From positions 1-64,000 of IMG/VR virus record IMGVR_UViG_3300008107_000046: a DNA stretch of 64,000 nt. One strand, written 5' to 3'. Of the stretch, positions 58,083 to 64,000 are shown in pieces. Both the position numbers and the translations under genes were made by a program. This stretch comes from a virus. The notes below the pieces were generated by a model. It saw only the letters and a list, made by a program, of their open reading frames with translations. It made no database searches and was not told the DNA's origin. The stretch's first letter is position 1; each line of letters begins with the position of its first letter.

Positions 58083-58505
58083 ATGGACGAAAATTATTAT
58101 TCACTGTTTCCAGAAAAAAGAGTTTTAGAATTACAAAGAATTCAAAATATCATTGATAATACTCAGAAATTATGTGATCATTTGAATAAGGATTATTGTA
58201 ATGAAACTCTAAGAATAAGTTCAAGATTAATTAGTTCTGGTGTTGATATTGAAAAAAATGAAACAATTATTGAAAATATAAATTCTGGAAACTTTCCAAA
58301 GTTCAGATATGAGGAAGGAAAAAAATATTATAAAGTAATACAAGATATTTCCACTGATAAAACACAGACCTATTGTTTTATTGATATGGAAACTGGAGAA
58401 CTTTATAAACCAGCAACTTCATCCTCCCCTTATAAAAATAAAGTTTATGATTTAGAAGAAACTATTTCACTTGCAGATTGGAGAGGGAATTATTTTAAAT
58501 CATAA
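58083..58505 (+). CDS. hypothetical protein, paralogue of 61790-62227
   Basis: GKKYYKVI...CFIDMETGELYKPA...ADWRGNY. Confidence 0.55.
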   Translation: MDENYYSLFPEKRVLELQRIQNIIDNTQKLCDHLNKDYCNETLRISSRLISSGVDIEKNETIIENINSGNFPKFRYEEGKKYYKVIQDISTDKTQTYCFIDMETGELYKPATSSSPYKNKVYDLEETISLADWRGNYFKS

Positions 58506-58506
58506 C

Positions 58507-58566
58507 GTGTACCAGTTGCTTAACTGTCCACTGCCTCTTGACGGGGCATTTTTTATGCGTTATATT
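58507..58566 (+). promoter_or_regulatory. palindromic box + hairpin + promoter (TTGACG-17-TATATT)
   Basis: GTGTACCAGTTGCTTAACTGTCCAC; TGCCTC-TTGAC-GGGGCA plus T run. Confidence 0.7.
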
Positions 58567-58589
58567 ATGGAGGTAAATCAAACACAGAC

Positions 58590-58889
58590 ATGATTTCCCT
58601 TCCAAACTTCTCTGAGTATGCTGAAAGCGTTAATTCTGATGAAGAATTAAACGAGACTAACTACTGCGATCAGAAAGCAGTTACAATGGAATTTACTTTT
58701 GAAGAGCATGATCTTTTGAATGATATTTTAAATCATTCTCTTGAAACAATTGATTTTGCTATTGGGTCTACTTTGATTTTTGATGCTTATGAACTTGATA
58801 AAGCGTCAGAAATTCGTAAGCGTTATGAAATGCTTGAGGGAATGAAAAAACGCTCATATGAACTTTGGTCAAAACGATTTGGTAACTGA
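58590..58889 (+). CDS. hypothetical early protein
   Basis: First gene after promoter. Confidence 0.55.
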   Translation: MISLPNFSEYAESVNSDEELNETNYCDQKAVTMEFTFEEHDLLNDILNHSLETIDFAIGSTLIFDAYELDKASEIRKRYEMLEGMKKRSYELWSKRFGN

Positions 58890-58891
58890 TT

Positions 58892-59017
58892 ATGATTACA
58901 ACTATTATGGCAGCGTTTGCCTTTGGTTATTGTGTTGCTGATATTGTTATCTGCATCAATAACAAAAAACGCGACAAAGAACTTTTGGAACAAATTCTTG
59001 GAGAATCTAAACGATGA
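58892..59017 (+). CDS. 41-aa membrane-anchored peptide
   Basis: Manual ORF MITTIMAAFAFGYCVADIVICINNKKR; ATGA-coupled to next gene. Confidence 0.5.
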   Translation: MITTIMAAFAFGYCVADIVICINNKKRDKELLEQILGESKR

Positions 59018-59202
59018 AAACTTCTACTGCTCTTGGTGCTGCCTTTTTTCTAATTGTTCTTGCAACTGCTGGTCTCTTCTTTGAAGCATGGTTGCTTGGT
59101 CTCATTCTGTCTTGGTTTGGTGTATCCCTTTCCTTCTGGCAGAACTTTGCTATCATCTTCCTTGCTAACGCTATCTTTAAAACTAACGTATCTTCTAAAT
59201 GA
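59014..59202 (+). CDS. small 2-TM membrane protein
   Basis: Almost entirely hydrophobic. Confidence 0.6.
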   Translation: MKTSTALGAAFFLIVLATAGLFFEAWLLGLILSWFGVSLSFWQNFAIIFLANAIFKTNVSSK

Positions 59203-59390
59203 AAAACGGATACACTCTCGTTGAACTGATGATTGTTGTTGCTATTGCTGGTATTGGATGTGCTATTTTGTTTGGCATTGCTACTGGCAATTCTGTAGTC
59301 CCAGGAAAACAAGCGTGTTTGAATGCTGGTGGAAAATGGTCTGAAGGTATTCAATACGGTCGTATTACTCAACTTTGTACTTATAATTGA
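59199..59390 (+). CDS. short type IV prepilin-like protein
   Basis: MKNG|YTLVELMIVVAIAGI: class III signal peptide with G-1, aromatic +1, E+5; C-terminal Cys pair. Confidence 0.75.
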   Translation: MKNGYTLVELMIVVAIAGIGCAILFGIATGNSVVPGKQACLNAGGKWSEGIQYGRITQLCTYN

Positions 59391-59391
59391 T

Positions 59392-59709
59392 ATGAAACCT
59401 ATTCTTGCTATTGTCGGCGGTGTCGTTGGTGTTGGTGCCCTTGCCTGGGGCCTTACCTATCACGAACTGATTTTTACGTCATTCTTTGCTCCTAAGTTTG
59501 AGAATGTTCGTAGGAACACTTTTGAACAGTCAAAGTCCTTCCGAACTGGTGCTGTTCAAGAACTGCAAAATATGCAGTTTGAATACATCAAAGCATCACC
59601 TGAACATAAGAAAGCACTTGCAGATATTATTCGGCATCGTGCTGTAGAAGTTCCTGCCGATGCTATGCCTTCTGACCTCCAATCCTTTATCTCTAATCTT
59701 CCTCAATGA
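59392..59709 (+). CDS. membrane-anchored phage protein
   Basis: N-terminal TM; FFAPKFENVRRNTFEQSKS; start reassigned. Confidence 0.6.
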   Translation: MKPILAIVGGVVGVGALAWGLTYHELIFTSFFAPKFENVRRNTFEQSKSFRTGAVQELQNMQFEYIKASPEHKKALADIIRHRAVEVPADAMPSDLQSFISNLPQ

Positions 59710-60191
59710 AAACCATCGTTTCTGTTGCTGCACTTGCTGTTCTTGGTCTTACTCTGACTGGTTGTGAAATTGAACAAAATTCTGATGATACTCAGCGTTC
59801 CCAACAAGAGCGAATTCTGAAGGAAGGTACTGCTCAAAGTGGTATGCCTGCCATCAAGAACTTCCGTGAACGTAAGTTGCTGAAGCAGATTATTGAAATG
59901 CGTGACCAAGATGGTCTGGTGACTTATACTTATACTGTTCCTGAAACTACTGGTCGTCCTGTGTTTCTGTGTAATTCTATTGGGTATGGTCTTCCTGCTG
60001 CCACTCAATACACTAATCCAGAGAAGTATGAATACACTGGCACAACTCTTCCACAGGCAGATCCTAATGGTCTCTTCTCTCCTGACAGTGCCGAAGGTAC
60101 TTGGGTGATGTGTTCTGATCCTGATGGTAGTGGCAAAACCCGTCCTGTTTATGTTGAACCTCGCATTATTGTTTCACCTTTCAAACTTTGA
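59706..60191 (+). CDS. lipoprotein
   Basis: Signal peptide with lipobox LTGC; GYGLPAATQYTNP...LPQADPNGLF. Confidence 0.7.
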   Translation: MKTIVSVAALAVLGLTLTGCEIEQNSDDTQRSQQERILKEGTAQSGMPAIKNFRERKLLKQIIEMRDQDGLVTYTYTVPETTGRPVFLCNSIGYGLPAATQYTNPEKYEYTGTTLPQADPNGLFSPDSAEGTWVMCSDPDGSGKTRPVYVEPRIIVSPFKL

Positions 60192-60616
60192 TTATGACTA
60201 AAGTAGTATATAACGCCAAATACGGTGGGTTCAGTCTGTCCCGTGAGGCGTGTCAACGTTACTGGGAACTTAAAGGTCAACAAGTTTGGATTGAAGATGG
60301 TGACTTCCTGGATATGTTCACTGTTTGGTTGGTTCCGCCTGAAGAACGAGTAGTCAAATCAGAAAACTGGTATGATATTCCTACAGATGAACGTATTGCT
60401 TACAACCGAAAGTATAACGAACAAACTTGGTATGACCGTAATGTTTCCCGTCACGACCCTATTCTTGTTCAAGTTGTAGAAGAACTGGGTGAGAAAGCAG
60501 ACGGAATGTGTGCTAAACTTGCTATTGCTGAGGTCTCTGGTCCTTATCGTATTGATGAATATGATGGATATGAGACTGTCAAACAACCTGATGGTTACGA
60601 TTGGATTACTCCCTGA
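60188..60616 (+). CDS. conserved phage hypothetical protein
   Basis: KVVYNAKYGGFSLS...RHDPILVQVVEELG...YRIDEYDGYE. Confidence 0.7.
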   Translation: MIMTKVVYNAKYGGFSLSREACQRYWELKGQQVWIEDGDFLDMFTVWLVPPEERVVKSENWYDIPTDERIAYNRKYNEQTWYDRNVSRHDPILVQVVEELGEKADGMCAKLAIAEVSGPYRIDEYDGYETVKQPDGYDWITP

Positions 60617-60635
60617 ACTTTATTTGAGGTAAATT

Positions 60636-61043
60636 ATGACTCGTTACAATGACCCCAACACCCCTGTTGCTATCGTATTTGGTGCTGGATTTGTAGTTGT
60701 TGTTGCTCTACTATTCTTTGGTGGGCCACTCTACAATGTTTGGCAACAATCTCTTGCTGGTAAAGCAGAACTACAGAAGGCAGAGTATACTCGTCAGGTG
60801 GCAGTTCTTGAAGCACAAGCAAAGAAAGATAGTGCTCAACAACTTGCTGATGCTGAAATCATTCGTGCTACTGGTGTTGCTAAAGCAAACCAAATCATCG
60901 GTGATAGTCTGAAAGACAATCGTGAGTACCTCCAGTATCTGTATATCACTGGTCTTGAAGATGGTAGCAAGAATGGTAACGTGACCATCTATGTTCCTAC
61001 TGAAGGTGGTATGCCCGTTCCTACTCTTCAAATGAACAAATGA
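60636..61043 (+). CDS. membrane protein with SPFH/band-7-like coiled coil
   Basis: TM then AEAQ-type heptads: AEIIRATGVAKANQIIGDSL...YLQYL..IYVPTE. Confidence 0.6.
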   Translation: MTRYNDPNTPVAIVFGAGFVVVVALLFFGGPLYNVWQQSLAGKAELQKAEYTRQVAVLEAQAKKDSAQQLADAEIIRATGVAKANQIIGDSLKDNREYLQYLYITGLEDGSKNGNVTIYVPTEGGMPVPTLQMNK

Positions 61044-61204
61044 TTGAATTTCTAATTGCAGCAGCGGTGTCTACTGCTCCCATGGACCGTTCGGAACAGA
61101 TTAATCGGTTCTGTGCTTATGTAGTGGGTATTCCATATGCTAGTGATAACTTCACAGACGAGGAATGGGAACGGTTCAAATATTGTAGAGAAAATCTTCA
61201 GTAA
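61040..61204 (+). CDS. small secreted/hypothetical protein
   Basis: Manual ORF MIEFLIAAAVS...FCAYVVGIPYASDNFTDEEW. Confidence 0.55.
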   Translation: MIEFLIAAAVSTAPMDRSEQINRFCAYVVGIPYASDNFTDEEWERFKYCRENLQ

Positions 61205-61230
61205 TTCATTATCTTAATTTAAATCTAATT

Positions 61231-61710
61231 ATGGCAACCTGGAAAGCAGACGTATTTGTTAATTCTCAAGTTGGTAGGATTACTACAGAAGTTGAAGCAT
61301 CAACTTTTCAAGGAGCACAGCAACAAATCTATGCTAAACATGGTGATGTCCAACAAATCACAAATCTTCGTCAAGTAAGAAATTCAAATTCATCTAGTTC
61401 ATCTTCTAGTTCTGATGTTGGAGGAACTGTTGCTCTTGTTGGATTAATTGCTGTTGGATGGGCATTTGTTTCTTTTACTCCATGGATTTTAATGGGAGTT
61501 GGTGGAGCATTTGGTACTTGGATTGGTCAACTTGCAACTGGTCAAACAGTAGAAGAATATGCGGAAAGTAATTCTGATACTGGGCATACTAAAGCAGCAA
61601 TTACTTTGGCACTAGCACTTCTTCTTGGTGGAATTGGGTTTGTTCAGGGAAATGAAATCAAAAAAGGATTTGATGTTCCTGATGCTCCTCAAACTCAACA
61701 GGTGAAGTGA
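61231..61710 (+). CDS. multi-pass membrane protein
   Basis: Soluble N-domain, Ser linker, 3 hydrophobic segments. Confidence 0.6.
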   Translation: MATWKADVFVNSQVGRITTEVEASTFQGAQQQIYAKHGDVQQITNLRQVRNSNSSSSSSSSDVGGTVALVGLIAVGWAFVSFTPWILMGVGGAFGTWIGQLATGQTVEEYAESNSDTGHTKAAITLALALLLGGIGFVQGNEIKKGFDVPDAPQTQQVK

Positions 61711-61765
61711 CAGTTTAGATAGTGGCACACTTTGGGTTCTCAGTGCCCTGAGAACCCTTTATAAT
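61707..61765 (+). promoter_or_regulatory. palindromic box + hairpin + TATAAT promoter
   Basis: GTGACAGTTTAGATAGTGGCACAC; GGGTTCTCAG-TGCC-CTGAGAACCC; TATAAT at 61760. Confidence 0.7.
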
Positions 61766-61789
61766 ATCAAAGTAATCAACGGATCACTC

Positions 61790-62227
61790 ATGACCACCAC
61801 CTTCGCTGAATACGCCGCTGCTGCTGAGGCACAGAAGAACATTGCAGAAGCAGTTCTAGGGCATACCTATGCTCTTTGTGAGGCACTGAGGCAGAATTAC
61901 ATTGATTATTCTATTCGCAGTCATCAAAAGTTCATTGCTGATGCTGATACTCACAACTATCACAAAGAACAGATTGCTAAACTGAAGCAAGGTATTAGTG
62001 ATTATGAGTTCTATCCTGAGACTGGTAGAAAGTATCACAAAGTTATTATGAGCGCAAATGGTTCGCGCAGTGTGCATTGCTTCATCGACAAGAAGACTGG
62101 TGAAGTTTACAAGTCTGCATCTTGGAAAGCACCTGCTAAAGGTGTTCGCTTTGACCTTCGCATCATCAATCAACGTGAATGGTTGCTTCAACACGCCGAT
62201 TGGGCAGGTGGTTATCTTTATAAGTGA
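61790..62227 (+). CDS. conserved early cyanophage protein
   Basis: GRKYHKVI...SVHCFIDKKTGEVYKSASWKAPAKGVRFDL...ADWAGGYLY. Confidence 0.7.
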   Translation: MTTTFAEYAAAAEAQKNIAEAVLGHTYALCEALRQNYIDYSIRSHQKFIADADTHNYHKEQIAKLKQGISDYEFYPETGRKYHKVIMSANGSRSVHCFIDKKTGEVYKSASWKAPAKGVRFDLRIINQREWLLQHADWAGGYLYK

Positions 62228-62634
62228 TGAATGAATTTACTTTTCGCCAAATCATGTTTCTTTTACATAAAGATTCTTCAGATCAAGCATATGATGCAAT
62301 GGAATATTTTTTCTATGAGTATCTTCCAGATGATGTAGATCCTGATGTTACACTAATTGATTATCTTGATTCTATGATGTATGTATGACTAATCAACAAC
62401 TAAGAAGTGAGCTTGATTTTATTCTGTATGCATTGGGCGAAACTCTTTGCTATGCTGAAGCAGATCCAGATTGTGATGTGGATGAAATTCCAGAACTTGT
62501 GTTTGATGCACAAAAAAGACTTTTGAATCTTCGTTCTTTTTTCAATGACAAAGACTGACAAACTGATCTTTATGGGATCATTCATTTGGTTAATGCATTG
62601 GGGTGTACGGGTTGTTGAAGAGTTGTTAAAATAA
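62227..62634 (+). other. three coupled small ORFs (62227-62388, 62385-62558, 62545-62634)
   Basis: Manually translated overlapping 53, 57 and 29 aa ORFs continuing the early operon. Confidence 0.45.
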
Positions 62635-62649
62635 ATAAAAGTAAAAAAT

Positions 62650-63696
62650 ATGAACACCCTAAGAGTAAAAGTTCCGAGGAGTGATAAAAATTATGGAATA
62701 TCTTTAGGTGATTCATTACAAAGATGGTATCAGGCATATTATTTGGTACAAAAATCTGGTTTAAATTGCAAGATAATTCTTCAAGAACAAGATTGGCCAG
62801 AATTAAATTTTATATCTTTACCGATTACTGAAACAAGAAAAACCGATATTACTAAAAATGCACAAAAGATTGATCTTGACTGTGTAATAAAATTATTAGT
62901 AGATAATGATTATAGTGTATTAAAAGATTATGATAATTGGTATATTGAAGATTGGTTTTTCTTTAATAATATATTTGAATATTATATTGATGATAATTTA
63001 ATTAACGAAAAACTTTATTTTTACAAAGATATTCAAAAAGATTATTTAAATTTAGTTAGATTTAACGATAATGAAATCAATGACTTTTTTGATGAACAAT
63101 TTAGTGATATTATTTCACTTCATTTTGAAAGAGATTTTGATATTAGGATAACACAATATGATGTAATGTCATTTCCTGATGATGTTAGAATGAAATTTTA
63201 TAAAGATTATCTTACTAAAAGAGTGCAGTATAGAGGGGTTAAAGAGAACATATACTATCCAAATTTTATATCTGATATAGAATATTATGGTATAATAGAA
63301 GAATGTTTAGAATATGAAATTAATCAAAATTTTTATATAAGCACATCTTCACAAATAGAATTTTTTCAAAATTATAAAGAAAGATACAGAAACATAAAAA
63401 ATAAATTTGATTATATTGACATATTTTTAAAACTATTGGTTGAAAAATATGGGAAAAATTCTATAAAGGATTTAACTGTAATTTATAGGTTATTTGATCT
63501 GTTTGTCTTATTGAAAAGTAAACTTGTAGTACAACCTCATTCATCACCATTTGCTAAATTTTCTACACAAAATGAGAATGCGAGAGAATTAATTTTACCA
63601 GTTAAATACGGTAAATATAAGTCTAAGTCTATAAGAAAAGTTTATAATGGGAAATTTAAGTATGCTGAATTAAATATATTAGAAAATTTCACTTAA
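62650..63696 (+). CDS. divergent GT-B glycosyltransferase (GT11/fucosyltransferase-like)
   Basis: SLGDSLQRWYQAY (GLGNQ-like), ISLHFER (HxR-like), FDLFVLLKSKLVV...SPF; late promoter at 62630-62637. Confidence 0.45.
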   Translation: MNTLRVKVPRSDKNYGISLGDSLQRWYQAYYLVQKSGLNCKIILQEQDWPELNFISLPITETRKTDITKNAQKIDLDCVIKLLVDNDYSVLKDYDNWYIEDWFFFNNIFEYYIDDNLINEKLYFYKDIQKDYLNLVRFNDNEINDFFDEQFSDIISLHFERDFDIRITQYDVMSFPDDVRMKFYKDYLTKRVQYRGVKENIYYPNFISDIEYYGIIEECLEYEINQNFYISTSSQIEFFQNYKERYRNIKNKFDYIDIFLKLLVEKYGKNSIKDLTVIYRLFDLFVLLKSKLVVQPHSSPFAKFSTQNENARELILPVKYGKYKSKSIRKVYNGKFKYAELNILENFT

Positions 63697-64000
63697 ATGA
63701 AAACTATTACAGTCATTACACCAAAATCAAATAATCTGGATGGATCTATAGGTAATAGTATATTCATGTGGGCGCAAGCATATTACTTAAATTATAAATG
63801 CAATTTTGAATACAAAATAATATTAGATTATTCTACATGGTCTGAATTGAATTTGGTTGAATTTCCATATACAGAACTAGGAAACATTGAAATTTCGGCA
63901 AATTATCATATAATTGATTGTAATTTGATAAAAGAAGTTTTATTGAATAATAATATAAAAAATTTCATAAAACATGATCATTTAGTTATCGATAAATGGT
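63697..64000 (+). CDS. GT11-like paralogue (runs off right edge)
   Basis: MKTITVITPKSNNLDGSIGNSIFMWAQAYYLN...KIILD..WSELNLVEFP, parallels the previous ORF. Confidence 0.45.
   Translation, partial: MKTITVITPKSNNLDGSIGNSIFMWAQAYYLNYKCNFEYKIILDYSTWSELNLVEFPYTELGNIEISANYHIIDCNLIKEVLLNNNIKNFIKHDHLVIDKW

Noticed and set aside
1-64000. CRISPR array, rRNA, IS element, stop-codon recoding
   Set aside because: No spaced direct-repeat array, rRNA-like tract or transposase seen; core genes are intact in the standard code with all three stops used

Overview
This window is a 64 kb AT-rich segment of a T4-like cyanomyovirus (Kyanoviridae-type) genome. No CRISPR array, rRNA, IS element or intron was recognised. 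1-18.6 kb is the baseplate/tail module (gp53, gp48, gp2-like, gp4, gp54, gp26, gp51, two large hub/tape-measure-like proteins, gp5) with cp12 embedded. 18.6-21.5 kb holds tRNA-Gly(TCC), tRNA-Thr(TGT), cpeT, an unusual 2OG-Fe(II) enzyme fusion and a candidate sRNA. A 1961-aa tail fibre follows, then a long accessory region. That region has about ten 2OG-Fe(II)/cupin enzymes, four radical SAM enzymes, a split Rnl1/Pnkp RNA-repair module, petF, a displaced mini tail-fibre module and an early operon of membrane proteins. It also has a cluster of sulfotransferase-like paralogues with a methyltransferase, a diiron ferritin-like enzyme and a carbamoyltransferase. The best candidates for new biology are: (1) a phage-encoded short type IV pilin in an early membrane-protein operon; (2) a 2OG-Fe(II) enzyme with the HxG halogenase-type iron motif; (3) the 40-50 kb tailoring-enzyme cluster with a recombining paralogue array; (4) a promoter-to-terminator ~65 nt sRNA; (5) a recurring palindrome + hairpin + -10 promoter architecture. 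Family assignments come from motif recognition by eye and recalled family knowledge; no searches were run.
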